Assembly: GCA_965218975.1 (NCBI GenBank)
Contig: OZ244717.1
Location: 352,001-416,000 of the forward strand
Source of the DNA: Candidatus Oxydemutatoraceae bacterium
GTDB lineage: Bacteria > Pseudomonadota > Gammaproteobacteria > Poriferisulfidales > Oxydemutatoraceae
Reading direction: 5' to 3'
Length of the DNA: 64,000 nt
In this document: positions 29,191-39,091 of the stretch, piece by piece
Numbering within the stretch: position 1 is the stretch's first letter
How the letters are laid out: every line of letters begins with the position of its first letter
Program-made: the position numbers and the translations under genes
The notes under the pieces: generated by a model
Seen by the model: only the letters and a program-made list of their open reading frames with translations
The model's database searches: none
What the model was told of the DNA's origin: nothing

Positions 29191-29931
29191 ATGCGCAACG
29201 CATTATTTTTGCTCGGTGTGGTACTGATGCTCGCGTTCGTTTGGAATCGGATGCTACCCTCCGCATCTGAAAGTGGTGCGGAGAAAAACGGGCACAACCA
29301 CGCGACAGCAAAAATGTCCGCTCCCACTATGATTCTTACGGCATCGGATGAAAAAGTGTCCGATTTGTCCGATGCAAAAGCGGTTCCGTCGCGGCAACTA
29401 TTCCCTCGTTCAATGATTGAAGCTGAATGGCAAATTTCCGAGGAGATTATTCCTTGGCTTGGCACTTTCGGCCCTTTCTCCAGAGAAGAACTCCGACAGT
29501 TTGCTTCAAACCCAAGCTTTATTCCGCGTTTTCTCGAGATTGGGCTTTCGGACAAGGAGGTACGCCCTGCAGATATCGGTCAAGGAGCAGAACAAAGAAG
29601 AAAAGTTCATTTTCGACACAACGCTTTACCGCAGTCTCGGGACGCTGCGATACCGCCTGATTTTCCAATCGATCAAAAAAGAATTTATGCTCACTTTACA
29701 TATCACAACCTCCCGCATGATCAGGTGCTGGTCAAATGGAGCGAGTCGGCGGAAAATGGGGAAGTGTTGTTGTTTAAGCGATATCCGCTGATTACTTCAA
29801 ATCAGCATCATTATGTTTGGTTTGATAAAGACGCTCCATGGGACCCGGGCGTTTATCGCGTTGAGATATTTTCCGCAGATGCCGACCTAACGGCGCTTGC
29901 GGCAGGAACTTATACGGTAAACGTTAATTAG
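29191..29931 (+). CDS. Hypothetical exported/membrane-anchored protein with a C-terminal Ig-like beta domain
   Basis: N-terminal hydrophobic helix; C-terminal W.PGVYRVEIF...AGTYTV. Confidence 0.7.
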   Translation: MRNALFLLGVVLMLAFVWNRMLPSASESGAEKNGHNHATAKMSAPTMILTASDEKVSDLSDAKAVPSRQLFPRSMIEAEWQISEEIIPWLGTFGPFSREELRQFASNPSFIPRFLEIGLSDKEVRPADIGQGAEQRRKVHFRHNALPQSRDAAIPPDFPIDQKRIYAHFTYHNLPHDQVLVKWSESAENGEVLLFKRYPLITSNQHHYVWFDKDAPWDPGVYRVEIFSADADLTALAAGTYTVNVN

Positions 29932-30010
29932 TTAATTGCATAGATCACTTATCCTGTCGGACCCCATGAAGAAACCTGCATACTAGTGAAAAACTTTACA
30001 TCGCTATAGA

Positions 30011-30766
30011 ATGCTTGTCGGAGGCACCATGAAACGTACGCTCATACTCTTATTTATATTGCTTGTTTCGTCCGTCGCTTACGCGAAGGGAAGCGCCGTG
30101 CTTTACAAGGTTAACGGACAGTCTTATGAAGGCTATTTCGTGATGCCGTCTCCCGGCGCGCCGCTGGTGTTGCTCATCCACGATTGGGACGGTTTGACCG
30201 ATTATGAAATCCGTCGTGCCGAGATGCTTGCCGGGATGGGGTATGCAGTGTTTGCAGCCGACCTGTTCGGGGCAGGAGTACGACCGTCCGAACTTGCCGA
30301 TAAACGCCGGCACACCGGCGAGTTGTACGCAGACCGCAAGAAAATGCGTGCTGTACTACAAGGCGCGCTCAACACCGCCCAAGCGAAAGGCGCCAGCGTT
30401 CGCAACGCTGTGGCAATAGGCTACTGTTTCGGCGGGGCTGCCGTGCTTGAGCTGGCAAGATCAGGCGCGGCGCTCAAGGGATTTGTTACTTTCCACGGCG
30501 GCTTGAGCACCCCGCCTGGGCAAGGGTATGCCGACACTAAGGGAAAGCTGCTGATCCTGCACGGCACAGCAGATACTATCATCACGATGGATCAGTTTGC
30601 CGCACTCGGTAGCGAGCTGGAAAAAGCGAACGTTGACCACGAAATGATCACGTACGGCGGCGCGCCGCATGGGTTTACTGTATTCGGCTCAAATAACTAT
30701 CGGGAAGACGCCGATAGAAAGTCATGGCGACGGTTTTCGAAGTTTTTGGTTGATACGCTGGGATGA
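30011..30766 (+). CDS. Dienelactone hydrolase family protein, exported
   Basis: HDWDGL, GYCFGG nucleophile motif, HGTAD and APHGFT. Confidence 0.93.
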   Translation: MLVGGTMKRTLILLFILLVSSVAYAKGSAVLYKVNGQSYEGYFVMPSPGAPLVLLIHDWDGLTDYEIRRAEMLAGMGYAVFAADLFGAGVRPSELADKRRHTGELYADRKKMRAVLQGALNTAQAKGASVRNAVAIGYCFGGAAVLELARSGAALKGFVTFHGGLSTPPGQGYADTKGKLLILHGTADTIITMDQFAALGSELEKANVDHEMITYGGAPHGFTVFGSNNYREDADRKSWRRFSKFLVDTLG

Positions 30767-30842
30767 CGAACGTACTAGATATTTAAAAATATACACCGAG
30801 AGAATCTAAAATATATTAAATGGCGTCGTGCCGGTTCCGTCC

Positions 30843-30950
30843 GAAGAAATAACGGATGCCAATCTCGGTTATTCACCGTCTTTGGACTTCGTTTTTATCC
30901 CACGGCACATCGGAGAGGAAATAACGGATGCCAAGCTCGGTGATTCACCG
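30843..30950. repeat. Pair of 36-bp direct repeats (33/36 identical) separated by 36 bp
   Basis: GAAGAAATAACGGATGCCAATCTCGGTTATTCACCG (30843) versus GAGGAAATAACGGATGCCAAGCTCGGTGATTCACCG (30915). Confidence 0.75.
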
Positions 30951-31190
30951 GGAATACGGTAATGATAGATTGGCTTACATTAGAGTCACCACAGAGTCAC
31001 CACTAACTCATGGAGGGGCATTTTCCTTGTCGCAGGCTGCACAATTCACTAAGAATGCCGTCGCCGGATTGTGGCTGATCTTCTCCCACAAATTGAACAC
31101 TATGCGAAGGGAAGCTCGGTGCAAAATAGCTCCGGAGGAAACGAACCTCCCGAATAATCGGCCGTGTCTCCTTGAAGTTCAAATCAGAAA

Positions 31191-33779
31191 ATGCCGCACC
31201 TTTTTGAAGCATTAGAACATTCTGCTGCCAGCTGGCGTAAGAAGGGTTATCCTTGTGACGCCTATCCGCTCATAGGCGAAATTCTTGCTTACCAAACGGA
31301 AAAGCAGGAGGACAGGTCAACCCCGAAGTTTCTGCGCGAACCCCAATTCCTTGCCTTGGAGGTTTACTGGTATATCCGCCTTATACGGGAAACCCCTCAT
31401 ATCATAGACCTTTACAAGCATTATCACGGCAGCAATAAAGAAGATTTTTTTGATGCGCTTGGAATCTCAGTATCAAGAGATGCTTTGGAGTTTGCAGAAA
31501 TAGACGGAATGATTGAAAAAATTAAAAGGGATGAGGGTTTTGTCAAAGACAAAAGAATTCAAGCGTTGCACGAAGCCGTCAAATTAGACTATCCGAGCTA
31601 CATTTTTGCTTTGGCTATGGGTGCGGGCAAAACCGTTCTGATAGGGACGATTATCGCAACCGAGTTTGCAATGTCGCTGCGTTATCCCAAAGATAGATTT
31701 ATGAAAAATGCCCTCGTTTTTGCTCCGGGCACGACAATCATAGAAAGTTTGCGCGAACTCAGCGATATATCTTATGAGCAGATTTTGCCGCCCGGCCTTA
31801 ACCGCGATTTCCTTGCTAATTTGAAGATTGAATTTCCGGGCAAGGAAAAAGACATACAGGCGCAGAGAAACAGCAGTTATAACTTGATTGTTACCAATGT
31901 TGAAAAAATCAACCTGCGTGCCAGGCAGCGGGAGAATCAAACACAATTATCTTTTGAACACGAAGAAGCACAGGCGAATCTACGGCTTCAAAAGATCGCA
32001 AGCCTGCCCGGCCTCGGGGTTTTTTCAGATGAAGCGCACCACACATACGGAAACACCTTTGACAAACTCAAACGCGTGAGGGAAACCATCAACTACATAC
32101 ACGAGCAGACTGAAATAGTGGCGGTGATCAACACCACCGGAACGCCTTACTATAAAAAGCAACCCTTAAAGGAGGTGGTTGTCTGGTACGGGCTTGGCGA
32201 CGGCATCAAAGATAATATCCTCAAAGGCCTCAATAACGGCATTCATCTATACGATATCGGAGAGCAGCCGGAGGAAGAGGTTTTTAGGGACATCATTCGA
32301 GAATTTTGGGAGGGCTACGGAAATGTTTCTCTTCCCAACGGCGCACCGGCAAAGATTGCCTTTTATTTCAAAACGCAACAGCATCTGGTAAGTTCAAAAC
32401 AACAAATAGAGAAGGCGATGACGGAAATCGGGCAACCTGTTTCCCATATATTAGTTAATACACAACAATCCGATGCAGCGCAGATCGACGAGTTTAAGCG
32501 TCTCAATAATCCCGAAACCCAGAAGCGAGTTATTCTGTTGATCGGCAAAGGGGTTGAAGGTTGGAACTGCCCCAGCCTGTTTTCCTGCGCACTGATAAAG
32601 GAGCAGACGAGTAAGAATTACGTTTTGCAAGCATCAACGAGATGTTTGCGGCAGGTTCCGGGCAATAGCCTTCCGGCGAAGATATTTCTAGATTCCGTCA
32701 ACGCAACGATTCTAGACAAAGAATTACAAAATAACTTCGGCACCGATCTTGATAGACTTAGCGGGGAAACGGGAGACAAAGAAACCATCACTCTGCGTAT
32801 TCTTAAAACAGAACTGCCGAAACTGGAAATCACCCGCACTGTTAAAAGAGCTATAAGAAAAGGGGAAATAAACAGAAATATACGTTTGGAGAAACCGAAG
32901 GCGCAAAAACTGCCCGTTGTATTGCGCAGCATTTGCACCCCTGATTTCAGCGGTCCAAAGGAAATATTAATGCCGACAGGACAAACGAAGGAGCTACCGG
33001 CGGGAAGACGTGTTACCGGTTGCCATACTGCCGCTTGGAGAATCGCTTCACGATACCATGTACCGGTTCTACCGATCTTGAAAAAACTCAAAAGCTTTTA
33101 TCCGAAAGGAGTAATGCCGGATAGTCATTTATACGGGCTTTTTCAGCAGGTTGAACGGCAACAAACAAGTTACACAACGGTTGAAGAAAAAGTAACCGAG
33201 GCGATGGCGTTGATCCGAGTTCAGGATGAGAACGGAGAAGGCATCTTTGATAAGGATGAAAAGGGGGTTTTTGTTCACCGTTTGCGGTTGCTTAAAAGGA
33301 CTGTTGAACGTATGGAAGAAGGCGGATTGTTTGCAGAGAGGGAAAATTATGAGGACCAGCACGAGTTGAGTTTTCACTATACCCCCTACAACTTTGACAG
33401 CAAACCGGAACGTTCCCTGTTCCGAAGGATTTTATCCATGTTGAATACAGAACCTTATGACGTGGAAGTGTTTCTGTTCACCGGTGGGCTAACAGACCCG
33501 AAGAAAACTGATTTCCATTTTGAATATCTGGGCGAAGACAAGCGGTATCATCGCTACTTTCCGGATTTTGTGATTGCCAAAAAGACCGGTGAGTTTTATA
33601 TTGTCGAGGTGAAAGAAGATAAGCGCGAGGATAAAACTGTGGAGGCCAAGAAAAAGGCAGTTGAGAAACTGCAGAATTTGCCAACGAACAAGTTCGGATA
33701 CCATATTATCTATGCTTCTACAGCGACGCTAGGCGTGAGAGAAACCACGCCGATTCAGAATTGGATACAAAAAAACTAA
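31191..33779 (+). CDS. res: Type III restriction endonuclease Res subunit (SF2 helicase plus C-terminal PD-(D/E)xK nuclease)
   Basis: ALAMGAGKT, DEAHH, TTGTP, VEGWN, Q..TRCLR and YFPDF...IVEVK; mod gene lies downstream. Confidence 0.9.
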   Translation: MPHLFEALEHSAASWRKKGYPCDAYPLIGEILAYQTEKQEDRSTPKFLREPQFLALEVYWYIRLIRETPHIIDLYKHYHGSNKEDFFDALGISVSRDALEFAEIDGMIEKIKRDEGFVKDKRIQALHEAVKLDYPSYIFALAMGAGKTVLIGTIIATEFAMSLRYPKDRFMKNALVFAPGTTIIESLRELSDISYEQILPPGLNRDFLANLKIEFPGKEKDIQAQRNSSYNLIVTNVEKINLRARQRENQTQLSFEHEEAQANLRLQKIASLPGLGVFSDEAHHTYGNTFDKLKRVRETINYIHEQTEIVAVINTTGTPYYKKQPLKEVVVWYGLGDGIKDNILKGLNNGIHLYDIGEQPEEEVFRDIIREFWEGYGNVSLPNGAPAKIAFYFKTQQHLVSSKQQIEKAMTEIGQPVSHILVNTQQSDAAQIDEFKRLNNPETQKRVILLIGKGVEGWNCPSLFSCALIKEQTSKNYVLQASTRCLRQVPGNSLPAKIFLDSVNATILDKELQNNFGTDLDRLSGETGDKETITLRILKTELPKLEITRTVKRAIRKGEINRNIRLEKPKAQKLPVVLRSICTPDFSGPKEILMPTGQTKELPAGRRVTGCHTAAWRIASRYHVPVLPILKKLKSFYPKGVMPDSHLYGLFQQVERQQTSYTTVEEKVTEAMALIRVQDENGEGIFDKDEKGVFVHRLRLLKRTVERMEEGGLFAERENYEDQHELSFHYTPYNFDSKPERSLFRRILSMLNTEPYDVEVFLFTGGLTDPKKTDFHFEYLGEDKRYHRYFPDFVIAKKTGEFYIVEVKEDKREDKTVEAKKKAVEKLQNLPTNKFGYHIIYASTATLGVRETTPIQNWIQKN

Positions 33780-34735
33780 TGGAACGCCACTCATTCTCGC
33801 CCGACAACCGAACAGGCCGGAAAGTTTTCCATGGACTGTATTACCGCAGGCGCATCCTGCTTGCCATTCTGGCGCAAAGAAAGAGGCGCATAGAGAAACT
33901 GCGTTTGCAGAAGCTGCTCTTCCTTTTCACTCAACAGCAAGAAAAGCCGGCATACTATTTTCTTCCTTATAAATATGGAAGCTACTCATTTCAGGCCTCC
34001 GAAGACGCAAGAATACTCGCTTGCCATTACGGTTTGATAATAAATAGCCGGGACGACTCTTATTCCTTGAACAAAAAAAACGTTAAAGAAGAATATTTTG
34101 CACTAAAAGACACGGACCACGATCGGCTGGCACATGTATATAAGCAATACGGACCTCTCTCAACAAAGGAGTTAATTTACCAAGTTTACAAACAGTATCC
34201 GTACTATGCGGTCAGAAGTGAAATAATTGGTGAGCAGCGCTTCAAGGCGTTACATAAGAGCATAAAGAAAGAGCAGCTACAATTCCAAACAAGCAACGGT
34301 CGCCGTTGTCTCTACACAATCGGTTATGAAGGCATAAGCATAGAGCAATATATTTCCCGCCTGATGAGAAACGGCATATCCGCTCTGGTGGATGTCAGAC
34401 GCAACCCCTTCAGCATGAAGTACGGATTTTCCAAAACTCAGTTACGGCGTATCACTAAAAAATTTGACATAGAGTATTACCACATACCTGAGCTCGGGGT
34501 CGAAAGCGACCGTCGCGTGAACTTGACGACCCGCGCCGACTATAATCAACTCTTCAGAATGTATCGTAGATCATTGCGGCAAGAGGAGGAAAGTCTGCAA
34601 TGTATTCAAACTATTTTGCGTGAACATTTGCGTACGGCGCTGACGTGCTTTGAAAAAAAACACGAGTGGTACCATAGAGGAATTTTATCCGAAGCAATTC
34701 ATGCTCAATGCGGTATAACCGTAAAGCACTTTTGA
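33761..34735 (+). CDS. DUF488-domain protein with an N-terminal wHTH/SocA-like domain
   Basis: N-terminal LQKLLFL...PYKYGSYS; C-terminal LYTIGYEG, LVDVRRNPFSMKYGFSK, YYHIPELG and CFEK...HR. Confidence 0.82.
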   Translation: MDTKKLMERHSFSPDNRTGRKVFHGLYYRRRILLAILAQRKRRIEKLRLQKLLFLFTQQQEKPAYYFLPYKYGSYSFQASEDARILACHYGLIINSRDDSYSLNKKNVKEEYFALKDTDHDRLAHVYKQYGPLSTKELIYQVYKQYPYYAVRSEIIGEQRFKALHKSIKKEQLQFQTSNGRRCLYTIGYEGISIEQYISRLMRNGISALVDVRRNPFSMKYGFSKTQLRRITKKFDIEYYHIPELGVESDRRVNLTTRADYNQLFRMYRRSLRQEEESLQCIQTILREHLRTALTCFEKKHEWYHRGILSEAIHAQCGITVKHF

Positions 34736-35061
34736 AAGGCGTGGGAATCCAAAAAATAAAGGCAAAACAGTTTACAGATTTTTCTCATGCGCCTATTCCA
34801 AACCCGGAACGTCAAAAATACCAAGCAAAGAGAGAGAACATTCTGAATAGTCGGAAGCAGGGGTCGCTGATAGATGATGGCCTGAGAGATGCCGAGCTGG
34901 TATCTGCCCCCGACTATCGTTTCTACTATCACTTTGACGATCTAAACGGCAAAAACAGTAAAATGATGATAGCAGATTGGGAAATACAAGCGTTATACAG
35001 AAATTGTTTGCGAGGGAAAAATAAGCAACAAGCGCTTGAGGATGTGCGCAAAAAATACTCT
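34708..35061 (+). pseudogene. Fragment of the hypothetical partner gene usually found after DUF488 genes
   Basis: PDYRFYYHFDD...MMIADWEIQALYRNC fragment without a credible start, fused at its 3' end to duplicated res sequence. Confidence 0.5.
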
Positions 35062-35353
35062 GGCGGGCCGACAGACTCGAACAAAACCGATTTCCATTTT
35101 TGAATATCTAGGCGAAGACAAGCAGGATCATCGCTACTTTCCGGATTTTGTGATTGTCAAAAAGACCGGCGAGTTTTATATTGTCGAGGTGAAATCGAAA
35201 GATGAGCGCGGGGATGAAACCGTAGAAGCAAAGAAGAAAGCGGTGGAAAAGTTACAAAATCTACAAGCTGATAAGGTTAAATATAATATCATTTACACAA
35301 AGACGAACACAATAGGGGTTGAGGACATTGACATCAATACGATTGTGGATTAG
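35062..35353 (+). pseudogene. Duplicated, divergent 3' tip of the type III res gene (nuclease domain)
   Basis: DNA matches 33483-33710 (GG.TD..KTDFHFEYLGEDK..HRYFPDFVI.KKTGEFYIVEVK...EAKKKAVEKLQNL), with one extra T near 35100 and a different C-terminal tail. Confidence 0.88.
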
Positions 35354-35368
35354 GTAGGAGTCGGATGA

Positions 35369-36239
35369 ATGCGACCACTTGATGAGTATATCAAATCTCA
35401 CCTGAATGATTACATTAAAGAAATCGGTGAGGCATTGGGAGGGGTTGACACAATGTCAATAGTTAGCCCGATTATTCCCGGTGTTGATCAAAAAGTTAGA
35501 AATGTTATTGATATGAAGCAAGAGAAAAAATCCGCAATCGCTGTGGTTCTACAGACTCCTGGTGGCGTAGTTGAAATTGTTGAAAGGATGGTTGAAGTAA
35601 TCAGAAATTTTTATACTGAAGTAAGTAGTAGTGATAGTACCAGACCGGGCAATGTCTGCCGGAACTGTTTTTACGTTGAGTGCAGACAGAATAATGATGG
35701 ACTATTTTTCTCGATTGGGTCCGATTGACCCACAAATTGTTAAAGACGAAAAACTTGTACCCGCTCTCTCTTACTTGAATCAGTATGAAATTTTGAATAA
35801 AAAAGCTAAACAGGGCCAACTCACCACGGCAGAGTATGCCATGCTTGACAAACTTGATTTGGGTGAATTGTATCGATTTGAGCAAGCCCGCGAACTCTCC
35901 ATAGAACTTCTCAAGAAGTGGCTTTTTACATACAAATTTAAAGATTGGAGAAAGACAGAGAGTAGAAAACAGGCGGTTACAGAAGAAATGAAAGAGGAGC
36001 GTGCCGAAGAGATTGCTCAAAAATTAAATGATACAAACAGATGGCATTCGCACGGACGAGGAATAGATATTTTCACTTTAAGGGAAGAATTAAATTTGAG
36101 AATTGAAGACTATTCGGAAAACAAAAAATTAAGCAAATATATACAGAATTACTATAATCTTCTAATTGATTATTTGGAACGAGAGAGGGTGGGTTCTTTC
36201 GTTCACACGGAGGAATATTTCTCGGAGGGATATTTTTAG
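35369..36239 (+). pseudogene. SDH/ClpP-fold serine protease, frameshifted near 35625
   Basis: LQTPGG in the first ORF; IVPDRAMSAGT, LGPIDPQ and WHSHGRGI in the second. The break falls in the GTAAGTAGTAGTGATAGT microrepeat. Confidence 0.82.
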
Positions 36240-36434
36240 ACATGGGGGAAAAATAAATCGACTGGAGAAAATTCCATTTAGTCAGTTGTCCAAAAACAAT
36301 CCGAAAATATCAACATCTGTTGTTACCCAACATCGTGAGTTGGAGGAAAAATTGAAAAACATAGGTGTGCGTAAAAAAGCTCGCTACACGCTTTCTCCCC
36401 CACTTGGCGAGACCATTAATCTATCAAAAATAGT

Positions 36435-38156
36435 TTGAAGTCTCTAAAAATCACCCCAGTTAAAGGTCGCCCGATGCTACACTGGATCGGTAAGAAGCCG
36501 CTGGATGTTGTCCGCCATTTTCCGGCGCAGTTATGCGAGAGTATCGGCATTGAAAACCCGCCTGTTGAGCCGTCGCACAAGAAATTTATTAAAAGCGATT
36601 ACAACCTGCTCTTTCACGGCGACAACAAAGAAGTTCTTTCCTCTCTTTTGATTGCCGGGTTTCGGGGCAAGATAGATCTGATTTACATTGACCCGCCGTT
36701 TGATTCCGGCGCGGATTATGTCCGCAAGGTGACGTTGCGCGGGCAGTCTGCGAAACTTGCGGGTGAGGGGCATACTTTTATTGAGCAGGTGCAATACGAA
36801 GACATTTGGGCCAATGATAACTATTTGCAGTTTATGTATGAACGACTGATTCTGATGCGCGAGTTGTTGAGTGATAAGGGAAGTATTTATCTGCATTGCG
36901 ATTGGCACAAAAGCCACCATCTGCGGTTTTTATTGGATGAAGTATTTGGTGCGGAAAACTTTATAAATGAGATTGTTTGGTATTACAAAGATGCATCGGG
37001 AATTCTTAAGAAAGGTTTTAGAAAAAAGCACGACGGCATTTTTATTTATTCTAAGAGTACAGATTTTTATTTTGACGTAGATTCTGTTCGTCAGGAGTAT
37101 GGAGATTCAACGAAAAAAGCGGCAGAAACAGGAACATTTTCTTTTGGCAGACCTACAAGGATTAATCCTTTGGGGAAGTATCCCGATGATGTTTGGGAAA
37201 TAGCTATAATTAACAGTCAAGCAAAAGAAAGACTCAATTTCCCCACCCAAAAACCCGAAGCACTTTTAGAGCGTATTATCAAAGCCTCCAGCAACGAAGG
37301 TTCCATCGTCTTGGACTGCTTTTGCGGCAGCGGCACAACCGCCGCAGTCGCCGAAAAGCTGGGACGGCGCTGGATTATGGCGGACTTGAACAAAGGCGCG
37401 ATTCAAACGACCATCAAGCGATTGCAAAGTGTTATCAAAGAAAAGAATGGCGACCTTGCGGAAAAAAACGGACGCGGGTTGATTCATTATCGGGTCAACA
37501 ACTACGATTTCGCAAAGCAGGCCGAACTCAAGAAAATCATCGTCTCTAAATACGGTATTCAAACAGACCACAAGGATTTGTTCTTTGACGGAACGGCCGA
37601 CGGCCGGTTGGCAAAGATTACCGATTTGGACAAGCCGCTGACGCGGTTGGATATTCAGATTATCAAAGACGAAATTGCCGATAACCGGCCGGACGAAACA
37701 CGACACATCATCGTTTTCTGTAATGGTTCCGAGTTGGAATTGATCAAAGAGCTTAACGAAGAAATAAGACCGATCAATAAAATTAGCATCTGCGATATCC
37801 GGCAGGACGGAATGATTACCGATCAGCTGGCGCAAGCGGAGATTAAAATTACGAAAAGAGGCAAAAAGGCGATTATCAAAATTGAAGATTACATCAGCCC
37901 TACGATACTTGCCCGACTGGAGATTGACCGCAGTTTGTTTAATGAGCAGGTCGAAGATTTCCGATCGCAAATAGATTGCGTATTGATTGATACCAATTAC
38001 AACGGCAAGGATTTCAGAATAACGGAAAGCGACTTGCCTGAGAAAAAGACCGGTCTCATCAGAGGGGAATACACACTGAACTTGCCCCGAGCAGGCGTCA
38101 AAGTGGCGGTAAAAATCGTGGATATGCTCGGAGAGGAAGTTTTGGCGATTAAGTAG
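36435..38156 (+). CDS. mod: Type III RM methyltransferase Mod subunit
   Basis: [30 protein letters not shown] and C-terminal [12 protein letters not shown]. Confidence 0.92.
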   Translation: MKSLKITPVKGRPMLHWIGKKPLDVVRHFPAQLCESIGIENPPVEPSHKKFIKSDYNLLFHGDNKEVLSSLLIAGFRGKIDLIYIDPPFDSGADYVRKVTLRGQSAKLAGEGHTFIEQVQYEDIWANDNYLQFMYERLILMRELLSDKGSIYLHCDWHKSHHLRFLLDEVFGAENFINEIVWYYKDASGILKKGFRKKHDGIFIYSKSTDFYFDVDSVRQEYGDSTKKAAETGTFSFGRPTRINPLGKYPDDVWEIAIINSQAKERLNFPTQKPEALLERIIKASSNEGSIVLDCFCGSGTTAAVAEKLGRRWIMADLNKGAIQTTIKRLQSVIKEKNGDLAEKNGRGLIHYRVNNYDFAKQAELKKIIVSKYGIQTDHKDLFFDGTADGRLAKITDLDKPLTRLDIQIIKDEIADNRPDETRHIIVFCNGSELELIKELNEEIRPINKISICDIRQDGMITDQLAQAEIKITKRGKKAIIKIEDYISPTILARLEIDRSLFNEQVEDFRSQIDCVLIDTNYNGKDFRITESDLPEKKTGLIRGEYTLNLPRAGVKVAVKIVDMLGEEVLAIK

Positions 38157-38259
38157 AAGGGTTATATACCTGACTTCGCGTACCGCCGGCGTCGGCGGAT
38201 CTGGCCGCAGGCGATCCGCCATAGAATCAAACGCCTGCGTCGGGTGAATCTCGGTAGCT

Positions 38260-38893
38260 TTGTGTTCGGTGTGGGGTTGTCGGTGGATTGTGCCGGATTG
38301 TCGGCGGATTGTTGGCGGATTGTTGGCAAAGTGCCTGTCGTCCATGACGCGACTTAGTTCTGTCAACAAGCCCCAGCCCCGACGTCCTTGTCGGGTCGTT
38401 CGCCGCTGAAAACCGTTCGGTTTTCCGGGCGCGTCTCACCCTGTCGTCCATGGCGAGACTTGGTTCTGTCAATGAACCCCAGCCCCGACGTCCTTGTCGG
38501 GTCGTTCGCCGCTGAAAACCGTTCGGTTTTCCGGGCGCGTCTCACCCGTTTTGTGTTTGGTAGCAGATTATTGGCAAAGTGCTTGGTGCAGGTTTGTCGG
38601 CGGATTGTGCCGGGTTGTTGGCAAAGTGCCTGTCGTCCATGACGAAACTTAGTTCTGTCAATAAACTCCAGCCCCGACATCCTTGTCGAGTCGTTCGCCG
38701 CTGAAAACCAGTAGGTTTTCCGGGCGCGGCTCACCCAGCCCCGACATCCTTGTCGGGTCGTTCGCCGCTGAAAACCGATCGGTTTTCCGGGCACGTCTCA
38801 CCCGGCAACGGACAGAAAGCACCGATCCGAATGCTACTGCCGCACGCTTCCCCAGAAGCTCTTCAAAAATCCCATTTAGGGTGGCATCGTACA
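38260..38893. repeat. Palindromic repeat cluster 3 (about four 98-bp-family units plus the tail module)
   Basis: Same core as clusters 1 and 2; tail module at 38808-38893. Confidence 0.92.
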
Positions 38894-38898
38894 CGGTG

Positions 38899-39057
38899 TT
38901 GGCAAGTGTTGTCGTTTAATGTATATTAGCAACCTGCTACAGCACTACGTGTCCGCCCTGTCGGGCGGCCCGTGAATATAAAACCGTTCGAAAATAAGCG
39001 GGAATACTTCTTTACGTAGTGTTTGTAGCAATCGCCTGACTCCTTAAGTCAGGCGAT
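38899..39057 (+). promoter_or_regulatory. Sigma70 promoter followed by a structured 5' leader
   Basis: TTGGCA-N17-TATATT (38899-38927). TGCTACAGCACTACGT pairs with ACGTAGTGTTTGTAGCA; inner CCGCCC/GGGCGG hairpin; then the hairpin ATCGCCTGACT-CCTTA-AGTCAGGCGAT. Confidence 0.55.
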
Positions 39058-39091
39058 TAAGCAGATTTAATTTAATCTATGGAGAAATATA

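Noticed and set aside
33483-35353. DGR template/variable repeat pair
   Set aside because: Differences between the two res tips are not confined to adenines, and no reverse transcriptase is in the window.
37266-38369. 367-aa minus-strand ORF
   Set aside because: Antisense shadow of mod that starts in repeat DNA.
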